This document shows, one piece after another, positions 26,353-38,139 of a stretch of 64,000 nucleotides of DNA. Both the position numbers and the translations under genes were made by a program. Every line of letters begins with the position of its first letter. Position 1 is the first letter of the stretch. The stretch comes from Octopus bimaculoides. Its lineage: Eukaryota. Below the pieces are notes generated by a model that saw only the letters and a list, made by a program, of their open reading frames with translations, was not told the DNA's origin and ran no database searches. The stretch is from positions 113,461,238 to 113,525,237 of the forward strand of contig NC_068981.1 in assembly GCF_001194135.2 (NCBI RefSeq). The letters run 5' to 3'.

Positions 26353-26997
26353 ATAAAAAATAAATCTGAAAATNNNNNNNNNNNNNNNNNNNNNNNNNNN
26401 NNNNNNNNNNNNNNNNNNNNNNNNNNNNNNNNNNNNNNNNNNNNNNNNNNNNNNNNNNNNNNNNNNNNNNNNNNNNNNNNNNNNNNNNNNNNNNNNNNNN
26501 NNNNNNNNNNNNNNNNNNNNNNNNNNNNNNNNNNNNNNNNNNNNNNNNNNNNNNNNNNNNNNNNNNNNNNNNNNNNNNNNNNNNNNNNNNNNNNNNNNNN
26601 NNNNNNNNNNNNNNNNNNNNNAGTATATAGATATAGGGCAGAGAATTGCCAATTAGTTAATAAAATTAATAATTAACAATTTTGCCAAGTAGTTCAGTAT
26701 GCATTTACCGATAAAGGTTTTTTGCATACTGAACTACTTGGCAAAATTGTTAATTATTAATTTTATTAACTAATTGGCAATTCTCTGCCCTATATCTATA
26801 TATTGATGGTCTTCTCTTGGATGGTTAAACTGCAGTCTTTTCTGCGGGACTATTTGTGACGCACATGGGATAATTTTGAGGAGGGATACGGAACTCACTA
26901 GTCGATAAATTTGTGGATGTTTTTTTCTGATGTGATATTTGATGTCGCATGGTCAGATATGCATGAGTATATTAGCATTTTCAGATTTATTTTTTAT

Positions 26998-27055
26998 ATC
27001 ATGCTGGTGAGAGGAAAAGAATTTTATATTCTAATCACGAAACGTCGTACATGAT
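26998..27055 (+). ncRNA. Inverted sister copy of the HHR with core mutation CTGGTGA and a stem II mismatch
   Basis: ATCATG-CTGGTGA-GAG...CAC-GAAACGTCGTA-CATGAT. Confidence 0.7.
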
Positions 27056-28359
27056 TAACTAACGGCAGGTTTGTTTTCGTTTTATTTTCTCTTCTGTTTT
27101 GTTCTATGTGTGCCATAAATATCGCCATCCGTTGGAGAAAAAATTGTAGTTAGAATTAGTAGTTCTTTGACTGCTATTTCTAAAGTTTCAGTATGTTGGT
27201 GAAGCAACTCATGCTGATCCCTATATGTTTATAATCAAATTTGTTTTCTGTAGCATTTCACTCAAGGGGATCATTCCCAGCACGAATATCAGTGGGAACA
27301 TACTGTCTCCCTGGAAGATTCCTCTCTTGATTTTCACCTCTCCTAGTACTCACTTCCCTGCTGTCAATTCCGTTCTCCAGTATTTCATGCTATTCCATAT
27401 AAGGCGTCTCATATTCTCTGCTACGCCATACATTTCCATTGTTCTTATTATCCATGAGTGTGGTATCATATGCTTTGCGATAGTCAACCCATACCATGCT
27501 CAGATTTCTATGTATTCTCTTGCAGTTTCTGATAAGTAAATTATCAATTAAGAGCTGATCCTTCGTGTTCTCCGGCTCCTTTTTCGACACCCTTTCTGTT
27601 CAATGGGTAGCAGTCCACTTTTTTTAAAGTATCTGTACAACTCACCGGCCAGAGCAGCTGACATTAGCTTCCACATTAGCGGAAGGCATGTTATTGGCCT
27701 AAAGTTGGATGCAACATTTCTCTTTTTAGGATTCTTGGCACATAATGTCTTTCCCTTTGTCATCCAGTTGGGTATTGTGTCTACCTGCAAGGACTCATCT
27801 AGCTGTTGAGCTATTTTTGTCTGGAGCCCTCTCAGCTTCTTCATCAAAATAACCTTGGACCCCATCCGGTTCTGGGCTTTTCCAATTTGGGAATTTTCTT
27901 AACTGCTTCTTTATCATTTCTGTAGTTATCTTTATGCACGTGGTGTGACGGTATTCTTGTCTCTTTTGGCAGTATTGATTTTGAATCTTTTTGTTTTGAT
28001 AATATAAATGTCAAAGATACGAAGTCCAGTATTTAAGCACTTAGTAACTGGGTGTGCTAACTTTATTTCACTAAAGAATGGAGGTAGGGCTTAAATATTG
28101 AACGTTGTACATTTGACCTTTACATTGTCAAAGCAAAAGGTCTGGTTTTTTAAGGCGTCTAGAAACTTTCCTCAGAAGGTCCCGCTCTTTAATGCAAGCG
28201 GATCACTGGAATTGTATTTTAGAAACAGAACGTTTTTGTGAGGCTAGCGCTTAAGAGAAGAGAGGGAAGAAGCCTCGAAAACCAGCTCAGAAGTGTTCAA
28301 CTCTATCACAGGTGCCGGCCGGATTGCTCCAATGTGCCTGTATGGACATGAAGCAACCG

Positions 28360-29010
28360 CAGTAATATACATGTGTGTGTGTGTATAAACATCTGTGTAT
28401 ATAAACATCTGGGTGCAATATGAAGGAAAAATTTTATCGTCACTAATTGTGACTGAGTGTTTCGAAGCACCTACATTGCAAAAAATAAGAGTTAAAAACT
28501 TCTAAAGATATAAGAAGCGCGCAAATATCTACTGACATGGGAGATAACCGCCTCATGGGATCACTAGACTAGACTAGTTTCGCCTATCAGTCGTAGGTTC
28601 GTCAGTGGTAACTACTCAAACGTTCGATGGTTTGGCCAAATCAGGTTGTCTGTATATATATTTTTACCATAAATTTTATGGCTGATTTAGCGAAATGCTA
28701 AATCGTATATCAAAAATTATTATAAATAGCTGGGCACTTTATAATACCGTAAAGGAAAAATTTGATCGTCACAAATTGTGATTGAGGTTGCCGAAGCGCC
28801 TATATTGCGAAAAGTAAGTTAAAATCTCTTAATGTTGATAGGCGAAACTAGTCTAGTCTAGTGATGCTGGAGATGCTCATGGGGCAGTTATCTCTCCTGT
28901 CTGTATATATATTGCGTGCTTCTGACAACATTATGTGTTGTTAACTCTTATCTTTTGCAATATAGGTGCTTCGGCACTCTAAGTCACAATTAGTGACAAT
29001 AAAACTTTTC
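28360..29010. repeat. Direct-plus-inverted repeat cluster (pLTR-like) with a decayed HHR at about 28565-28615 (-)
   Basis: 28420-28500 recurs direct at 28750-28830 and inverted at 28935-29010. The minus strand has CTGACGA-ACCTA..TAGGC-GAAACTAGTC; a plus-strand half copy lies at 28838-28865. Confidence 0.55.
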
Positions 29011-29288
29011 TTGCTTTTTTTCTCTCTCTCTGTCTCTCTCCCCCCTCTCTCTCTCTCTCACACACACACTCACACATGTACTCCATAATTTTGTTACTGC
29101 TGTTTTTTTGTAATAGAATAAGGATTTATCTAATATAATAAATGCGGAAACTAATTCCTGTGTGTCAGTGTGTCGCACTTCAAGCCCCTTCTCTCACTTT
29201 TCCTTGACACTCCTACTATTGCTCTTGTTGAGGTGAGAGTAATAAAGTATAGAGTAATAGAGCATAAGGACGGTGAGGGTGGTGGTGA

Positions 29289-29322
<34 letters not shown>

Positions 29323-29431
29323 TGAGAGAAAGAAAAAGAGAAGAGGAAGAGAGACAAAGAAATTTAGGGAAAGTTGAAGATGTTTTTTATTAAAAGTAGT
29401 AGTATTGATGGTGGCAGTGCGAGTAATAGTA

Positions 29432-29500
<69 letters not shown>

Positions 29501-29528
29501 NNNNNNNNNNNNNNNNNNNNNNNNNNNN

Positions 29529-29577
<49 letters not shown>

Positions 29578-30702
29578 AAGAGTGGGTATGTAAGAGAAAG
29601 AGGGACTGAACACTGAACTAACATGCTGAAGTAACATAGTGAAAGAACACAAATTTAGCCTTTTTGTGATGGTAATGAGGTGATAGTAAATAGTATGAGC
29701 TGTAGTTGTGATAGAGGCGGCGGTGATGGTGGTGTTTGTGGTGGTGAGGGGTAAAGTGAGAATAATCGATATGAAAGACAGCAGTGATGGTGATAGAAGG
29801 GAAGGCGGCCAAGTCAAAGGTATTGATGGCGGTGGCGATAGAAATCTGAATGGTGTGTGTATGGCAGACGTGGTGGCGATGGTGGTGGTACTGTTGTTTA
29901 TCATGCAGGTTTGCAATAAGTTCAAAGTTGATAAATTATATCATTATTTTGATGAAAATTGTTCATTGCTTGAAAAATTTTGTTGAAGTTTAATAAAATT
30001 TGATATGTACTCAATGCATGAAGGGTTATTGTTGGGCCCAAGGCCTAATGAAGAGCCCTCCAAAGGAGCTATCTTAAAAGTCACCCGATAGGGCGGCTTT
30101 TAAGCTAGTTCAGTCATAAATACAAATTTAAATGATATTCTTCGATTGAATTTGAAGTAACATAACGTATANNNNNNNNNNNNNNNNNNNNNNNNNNNNN
30201 NNNNNNNNNNNNNNNNNNNNNNNNNNNNNNNNNNNNNNNNNNNNNNNNNNNNNNNNNNNNNNNNNNNNNNNNNNNNNNNNNNNNNNNNNNTAACAGAATA
30301 AAAGAATATGCATACACACACAAAAACAGACATATCCATTATCCTTAAGCTTTCTATTTCTGAGAGGGCTGTAGTGATGCTGTTGTGACATATAGCGAGT
30401 TTGGGGCATTTAAACCTAGAGGAAACCATCCCTCTCCAGGTCTAAACACGACTTATTCTTTCCAGCGAGAAAGAGGGAAAGAGAATATGAATTGGACTAC
30501 AGCATTTAACACACACTCAGTCCCTTTCTCTTTCTGTATATATGTATAAAGTGATGGTATGCTGTCAACTTAATGTGACAGTCCCATGAAAGGGAAGAAT
30601 GATACTGCTATTTAACCCTAGGAAACACCGTTTCCTGTTGGCCATGACATTTTCTGTGTCCTTATGTTTTCAAAGGGAGTGATAAGCACCTCTACCCAGC
30701 AA

Positions 30703-30765
30703 AGCCAGCATCCAGAGACTAGTTTCAGAGTCATTGCTCATTATCAGTCTGGAGTAGCATGGCTT
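30703..30765 (-). ncRNA. Type I HHR motif downstream of Tx1-like copy A
   Basis: TCCAGA-CTGATAA-T-GAG caatga CTC-T-GAAA-CTAG-TC|TCTGGA; stem I extends (AGCCA/TGGCT); G8 changed to A. Confidence 0.7.
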
Positions 30766-30775
30766 GCTAGCTGAA

Positions 30776-33700
30776 TTTTTTTTATTGGGGCAATAAATGT
30801 CACACATAGATGGTACGATACAGGACAATACAAAAAAAAAATGTTATGAGATCGAATGATGCTTTGTTTTTTTTTAAATTTTAATGAAATAATTAGATTT
30901 AATTTATAGTCTTTTTCCTTTTGGGAAGGGGATTATGCCCGGTTGCATCAAAGGCCCAGCGACGACCCCTTTCCTTTTTTCTTCCAATGCAAATCAAGTA
31001 GGGTTACTTTCACCCACCTTTCTTAACACAGCCTTCCATCTTTCCTCAAACACACTTCGCGACAGGATCATCTTCTCCAGCCCTATCTTGCTCTTCAGAT
31101 GATATCTGAAGAATTGTAGCAAACCAGGGCCAGAGATGAAGGATCCCGTCACGAGTCCTTGCATTCTAGTTTTCCACACACATTCTTTCAGTACAGCAAC
31201 TGTACAGAAAAAACATACCTCACCTTTCTTTGAGAGTTCAGTGGGCGTTACAATCTTTATTATAGATTCAGCCGATAGCTGTACTCTTCCTAATGCGACA
31301 ACACGTGATCGACGTAAATCATCAAGCCTAACAACTCCCGACAATGTACAAAGGCGTGCTGGACAGTTTCATCGTCCAGCCCATATCTTGGACATATCGT
31401 TGGCACTGACATTCCGTGCCTGGATAACTTATCTCGAACAAGTAAAACATTCCTGTAACACTGCCAGGTCAGGGATTTTTGGTAATTATCCAAATACCCT
31501 GGCCCGAAAGTATTTTCGAACAGGTTGGTAAGTTGGTCCTCATCAAACCCCAGAGCTTCTCCTAGAGCGTCATCGTTTTTATGCTCTCCCATCTCTCTAT
31601 ATAAAACCGAGGTGGTGTTCCCACTACCGACCTTGCCCGTCTTGTGGATAAGCACGAGTTCCTGTTGACATTCCTTTTGCTATTCAGTCAGATTACGTCT
31701 TTTAATGAAACCGGGTTTAAATCGCTCCAAAGAAGCTGGTCGCAGAAGGAGTTCCTCTGCCAGCGGATTCCACACCTTATCACCTTCTAGGTAAGGTCAG
31801 AAATGCCTCAACCTCAACGCATGTCTGTGCATCATTAGCCAGGGCATCCCCAACCCACCCTTTAGCGGTTCCTGGCAGCAAACGGAGTGCCTCACAAGTG
31901 GCTTTCCACAAAAAGCGGAAAAGGAGGCGTTCCAACTTGTTTAACCACGAATCGAGGCAAGGGACAACGGTCAGGTGGTAGGTGATTACAGATGCAATAA
32001 ACATCTGTACCACCTCCGCCCTTCCTTTCAAGAACAGAGCCCTTCCAGACCAAGTCCGTAGAGCCTCTACCTTGTCTGCCACTCGCTCCAATTCTTCGTC
32101 CAGTCCAAATCAAACTCCAAGCAACTTAAAAGGATCATCTGTCCAGTGACCCACGACACTGGACGATATCGACTTGCTCCTCCAAGTGTCGAGGCGCAAG
32201 CCAATGGACTTGTCCCTTTTGTCCCTGCCACTGCTCCGTATCCTTTGATTGCATCTTCTACACAAGGTAGCTGCGCTTCATTGGACACGATGAAGGTGAC
32301 GTCATCCGCATAAGCAGAGACCGACTTACCGCATCCAATTTCATTAGGGTTACCTCCTAACTTCTCCAGCTTCCACAGCAATGGCTCAAGAGCCAACACA
32401 TACATGGCGGAGATCCACTTACGGAAATCCGAGCCCATCCCAGGCACTTCGAAGACCGCCGTCAGGTACTGGTGGTCTACCCTATCAAACGCTTTATTTT
32501 GGTTTAAATGGACCATGGCCTCACCTATGCCGGTTAATTTACCCACCCTGTCTAAGGTGTAGCGGATAAGGTGAAGATTGTCCTAGATTGACCTGCCTGG
32601 GATGGCGCATGTCTGCGTCCTCCCTACAAGTTTCTCCACGACACACGTCAACGTTTTAGCTAACACCTTGGCCAAAATCTTTAACTCTACATTAAATAGA
32701 GTTATGGGCCTGTAATTAATATTATCCCCCTTGCTCGGAACCTTCTGGATCAGCGTCACTGCTCCCCGACTCACAGAGCTGGGAATCCTCCCATTCTGTT
32801 GCCAGTTTGTGTAGACGCTAGCCAGCAGAGCCCTGAACAAGTTCGGCATACTACGATAAAACTCATAGGGTAGACTATCCAGCCCAGGTGAATTGTCCCC
32901 GGCGCACTCGGCCAACACCTCTTTTACCTCCGCAGGAGTGATCGGTCATTCACAGCATTCCGCCTCCCGTGCCGAGAGTCGCGGTCCACCGGCTAGAAAG
33001 TCCTTTAACGGCTCCACATGCCCAAGCGTTCCGCTCTCCCCGAACAACTGAGCGAAACGCCGATGAAAGGTCTTTTGCATAATTTCCTGTCCATAGATCT
33101 TGTGCCCCTGTTCGTCAGTTAAAGACTTTATAGAGGCTTTTTGCCCTTCTGACTCTCCACACGACTTGCCCATTCGGTAGTGTTAACACCTTCTTGCCCC
33201 ACTGCACGTAACTTAGCTCTAACTCTGCTGCCTTCGCGTTTGGCTTTGAGGAGTCCATGGCCTCGCCTAAATTATTAAGTAACTCCCCTTCTATCCTAGA
33301 TCTATCTAAACTTAGTTGATTGCTAAATCTAATAGACTCTAAACGAATGGCTCTCCTTAGGGCGTGCCACCATCTATTATTAATGATAGCACCACATAGT
33401 GCCCCCTGTACTAACTCTTTAATCCGGGCACGGAAGTCTTTACAAATCAAAATAGGCTTGTTCATCTTCCAGTACCCGGGTCCCTGTCTATGACATTTAC
33501 CTACGCGTTCCTCACACGTCACAAATTTGTGGTCCGTGTAAGGTACAACAAAAAATCGTGAACAGCTAAAAGTATCCCTATCTCTTTCCCTAACGAATAC
33601 TTTATCTATGTAAGATCTGCGTGAGCCGTCGTTATTACTCCATGTCTACTGTGGAACGCTCGGCTCATCTGGTCTGTAACGGTCTACTAGATTATAGCTC

Positions 33701-34360
33701 TCTAATAGACCCTTAAGTCCAGGATTTCCTTTCTTATCAGTCGAGCCAACACTATCCACTCATGCATCAAGGATAGTGATAAAGTCTCCTAACAGAACAA
33801 CCGTTTTTGACGTCACTAGAAAGTGTTCTAGGTTTCGAAAAAAAACCAGACTGCCCTCGCTCGTTAGGATCGCAGACAGCTACCAGCCTGTAAGACTGTT
33901 TACTCACGTGGGTTGCATCCAGGACAACCAGCCTACCTTCTGGGTCCAGAAATCAGTACTTATTGTAAGTCCAAGTTCTTCCAGAATAAGATCACCAAGC
34001 CCCACTCCTTGTCTGCTAGGAGCGATAAATTTCTCATAGCCATTCAAGAGAGGCGAGAACACTTGTGGTTCACTCATCTTGGACTCAGTTACAATGCACA
34101 CATCTATATCATGTGACCTGAGGTCGTCCAGGAAACAAGTTTGTTTCCATTTCGACCCCAGACCATGCACATTCATGCACCCTAACTTAATCGACATGAT
34201 AAAAAAAAATTTTAAGGAGTACTTTCAGTTTAAGTTGGGGTAGGGGTTGCACAAGTTTTTCTCCCCCACATCTTTCTCTTTGCTTGGTGTAGCAGCTGGG
34301 CTTTCTCTAGGTGTGGTAGCCGGGCTTACAGTTAGCTTCCCCTTCCGCCACCTCGGAGCT
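30776..34360 (-). mobile_element. Tx1/L1-clade LINE copy A: end of ORF1 region, decayed ORF2 (APE-RT-Cys domain), 3' UTR, AATAAA/A-run
   Basis: MSIKLGCMNVHGL, SPGLDSLPYEFY, YRPITLFNVELKILAK, AFDRVDH, SAYADDVT and CPRYGLDDETVQHAFVHC; stop at 30994. Confidence 0.9.
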
Positions 34361-34363
34361 GAC

Positions 34364-35883
34364 GTATTCGTACATGTCAAAATTCTTTATTTATTTAATT
34401 TCTAATGAACATAAATGGGATATACCAATACTATATTTGCATACACATACACAAACTAAGAATATGTAAAAGAAACTAATAAATTATAGTAACTAATGAA
34501 TTTATATACAAATGTAAATATTTAGAGGTGAAAAAAGTATTCGTACAGAACATAAATAACTGATAATTCTGATTTAATACTTCGTAGCATAACCATTATT
34601 CAGTTCCACTTCAACCAATCTCTTCTTGTAGTTCTTAATCAATGACTCGCATGTTTCTTTAGGAATTTTTTCCCATTCTTCTTGACAAATTTTCTTCAAA
34701 TATGGAATGCACATTGGGGCTCTTGAATGAGTTTTAATTTTCAAATAACGCCACAAATTTTCAATGGGGTTCAAGTCGGGTGACTGGCTTGGCCATTCTA
34801 ATAATTTTATATTGTGATTGACAATCAATATTTGGTAGGCTTCGCCGTGTGCTTAGGGTCGTTATCCTGTTGTAAAACCCACCCTTCACAAAGCTGGAGC
34901 TTTTCTACAGAGTCCCATAAATTATTGTTCAAATTATTTTGGTACATCTCTGCATTCATTTTACCATCTATCACATGTAAATTGCCAGTGCCATTTGCAG
35001 AGAAACACTCCTACACAATTATGTTGCCACCTCCAAACTTTACAGTAGGAATTGTGTTTTTCGTCGAATAGGCGGTACCATCATTCCTCCAAACATGGCT
35101 ACGCGAATTTCGTCCAAACAATTCAATTTTCGACTCGTCTGTCCAAAGAACATTTTACCAGAATGTATCAGATTTATCTTTATGTTCATAAACAAATTTT
35201 AAACGGACATCTCTATGCCTTTTAGTAAACAGTGGAGTTTTTATAGGAGAGCATGACTTCAGTTCATTCTTATGAAGTTCATTGCTGATTATTCATAGTG
35301 TGACACTAGACCCTGAAGCTAACAAATCTTCTTGCAGCTCCTTTCTGGTGATCATTGCGTTTATTTTTGATACTTCACTTCATTTTTCTTAAAGATCTAG
35401 GGGAAATCATGCGTGGTGCACTGGATTTTATTCTGTTTTCAACAATTGCCGATTTTTTATATCTTTGAATAAATGAAGATATAGTAGAAAATGGAATACA
35501 AAGGGTCTCTGATATTTTCCTGTAACTTTTACCGGCTTTCCACTGTTCAACAATTAAGTTTTTCACTGAATTTGTGAGTTCTTTACTTTTCGCCATTATT
35601 AGGACACTACTTTATGTTGTCTCAGTGCTGAATGAAGAAGATAGCATTTTGACACTTAAAAATGACTACTGATAAGATTATTGGAACAAACAAGAAAGTT
35701 CTAGTTAAAAAAAAAATTTAACAGTAACTCATAAATATTTATAATTGTATATAGATTCATTAGTTACTATAATTTATTAGTTTCTTTTGCCTATTCTTAG
35801 TTTATGCATGTGTATGCAAATATAATATTGGTATATCCCATTTATATTCATTAGAAATTAAATAAATGAAGAATTTTGACATG
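34364..35883 (-). mobile_element. Tc1-family DNA transposon with long (about 190-200 bp) IR/DR-type TIRs and decayed DD34E transposase
   Basis: MAKSKEL...GKSYRKIS HTH (35375-35596), [20 protein letters not shown] and [15 protein letters not shown] (34574-34828). 34364-34530 is inverted at about 35715-35883; inner repeat gtattcgtaca at about 34537. Confidence 0.92.
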
Positions 35884-36507
35884 NNNNNNNNNNNNNNNNN
35901 NNNNNNNNNNNNNNNNNNNNNNNNNNNNNNNNNNNNNNNNNNNNNNNNNNNNNNNNNNNNNNNNNNNNNNNNNNNNNNNNNNNNNNNNNNNNNNNNNNNN
36001 NNNNNNNNNNNNNNNNNNNNNNNNNNNNNNNNNNNNNNNNNNNNNNNNNNNNNNNNNNNNNNNNNNNNNNNNNNNNNNNNNNNNNNNNNNNNNNNNNNNN
36101 NNNNNNNNNNNNNNNNNNNNNNNNNNNNNNNNNNNNNNNNNNNNNNNNNNNNNNNNNNNNNNNNNNNNNNNNNNNNNNNNNNNNNNNNNNNNNNNNNNNN
36201 NNNNNNNNNNNNNNNNNNNNNNNNNNNNNNNNNNNNNNNNNNNNNNNNNNNNNNNNNNNNNNNNNNNNNNNNNNNNNNNNNNNNNNNNATATATATATCC
36301 AAATTAAGCAGCCATACATGTAGTAATCGAATCAAACTCAAAGTTGTTTTAGCCCATTGCAAACACGTTGAACCTAGTGTTGGTTGTTAGGGTGACTTCA
36401 TATAAAAAGTTTGGAAATTCAATTTACGTTACGTAGGAAAAATAAAACAAAATATTCTCGGTAATCTAATTAATTTCGTTATTTGAAACTACAGATTATT
36501 AGCTTAC

Positions 36508-36627
36508 CTTGAAGAGCGAAGCGCTTTGAAATTCTAAATTGTATTGGTTCACGCCTAGAGGGGATCATATCAAAAACACCACAGCGTTTTTTCTGCATTT
36601 GTTTTATAGTAAATCTATCCAACTTTC
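36508..36627 (-). CDS. MMP exon with cysteine switch and convertase-like site: (G)KLDRFTIKQMQKKRCGVFDMIPSRREPIQFRISKRFALQ(G)
   Basis: RCGV.D switch motif and KR|FAL junction. Acceptor tttttcgcag, donor G|gtaagc, 120 nt, phase 1 to 1, in frame with both neighbouring exons. Confidence 0.92.
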
Positions 36628-37061
36628 CTGCGAAAAATGAAAATATATAAATCCACTATTAAACAATATCATTATTTAGCATATATTTCGCAGTTCTTTT
36701 GCATCATCATCATCGTTATCACCCTTTTGATAATAATTCCGTCATACTAAAGTCATAAGCGAAATTACTAGCAAGTAGTGAAATCCATACAAACAATATA
36801 ATTATGTATATGTAATAAAATTCTAACGATACAACAATACACACATGCAAAAAAAAAAATCAAATATTAGTATACAGAAAAAGTACATGGACTATTTTGG
36901 AAAGTAAACGTTTGCTCAGTGTACGATTTTTTCAGATAAATAAATGAAAAATAACATTACGATAATTTTCTACTGATTTGCAATTTGACACAGATGTAGA
37001 TAATGGAGCTAAACTCACACACGCGAGCGCGCACATACACATACATACATGCATGCATGCA

Positions 37062-37095
<34 letters not shown>

Positions 37096-37104
37096 CATAC
37101 ATAC

Positions 37105-37665
37105 AAGACACTATAATGAAATCCGTCGAAAGGATAACTCGGAGAACAAAGAAATAAAGACCCACAATATGGTAGAAGTCATAGCCACTCATAATAAAAA
37201 GGAGTACTGGTGGAATGTCCCAGTGAAGACCTCAATAAAATGTATGCACAACAGACCTGATATAATGATTCGGTATAGAGAAGAAAACCTGTGTACAGTT
37301 GTGGAAATTAGCTGTCCAGCGGATGTTAACATAAAGCTGAAGATCAGTGAAAAAGAGAATACCTACGCTGAACTATTGAGAAATCTGCAGTTACTCTATC
37401 CAGATTACAAGTTCAGGTTTATACCTGTAATTAATGGGGCCCTGTGATATGTAACACACTGCCTACATAACTATCTTGAGAAATTTGGCTCCTGAAAACC
37501 AAATGTAGAAAGCTAATTCGAAGACTGCAGATACAAACCATCACTGCAACTGTAAAGATCTGTAAAACTTTTCAGAGGTTTATCATTCAAATATATATGA
37601 GCATGTCTAAATATGCAACTATATGCATGAGAATACATACATAAAACAAAACATACGAATCTACA
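37105..37665 (+). mobile_element. RLE-type non-LTR retrotransposon 3' end embedded in (CATA)n
   Basis: EYWWNVPVK...NRPDIMI...VEISCPAD..K.SEKENTY RLE motif (ORF 37049-37447); (CATA)n on both sides. Confidence 0.8.
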
Positions 37666-37742
37666 CATGTACATACATACATACATACATACATGCACAC
37701 ATGCACACATGCACACATGCATACATGCACACATACAGACAT

Positions 37743-37978
37743 TAATGCGGCGAGCTGGCAGAAACGTTAGCACACCGGGCGAAATGCTTAGCGGTATTTC
37801 GTCTGCCGCTACGTTCTGAGTTCAAATTCCGCCGAGGTCGATTTTGCCTTTCATCCTTTCGGGGTCGATTAAATAAGTACCAGTTACGCACTGGGGTCGA
37901 TATAATCGACTTAATCCGTTTGTCTGTCCTTGTTTGTCCCCTCTGTGTGTAGCCCCTTGTGGGTAGTAAAGAAATAAC
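37743..37978 (+). mobile_element. tRNA-derived SINE with Nin/Deu-type central domain
   Basis: A/B-box-like gagctggcagaa...gagttcaaattcc followed by gcctttcatcctttcggggtcgattaaataagtaccagt. Confidence 0.8.
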
Positions 37979-38019
37979 ACATACATACATACATACATAC
38001 ATACATACATACATACATA

Positions 38020-38135
38020 CAAAAATATCCTGTTGTTGATGTTGAAATTCTAAAGAAGGAGCCTTGGATCTAGGTTAGAAACAAGCTCTTTCTCTATTAG
38101 CATGAAATCTTGAAATAAAACTGAACAATGACATA
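38020..38135 (+). repeat. Short LINE-tail repeat in (CATA)n; tandem inverse copies at 59240-59345 and 59405-59515
   Basis: ttgttgatgttgaaattc.aa.gaagga..ttggatcta.gtt.gaaac...aaatcttgaaataaa is shared by all three copies. Confidence 0.7.
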
Positions 38136-38139
38136 CATA

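Larger units (their letters stand above)
26005..27234. mobile_element. Non-coding insertion with two inverted HHR units and a 14-bp target-site duplication
   Basis: TCAAATTTGTTTTC at 25991-26004 and 27235-27248; inverted units 26110-26373 and 26970-27234; contains an N gap. Confidence 0.7.
24483..28000 (-). mobile_element. R4/Dong-like RLE LINE copies (fragment 24483-24615; longer copy 24705-28000 interrupted at 26005-27234)
   Basis: LKAETEGFLIAAQDQ, HNRPDLVV..DVACPFD, YKYLGI, KLNHLLFMDDLKLF and NFRPITCL; the RT reads through once the insertion is removed. Confidence 0.85.
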
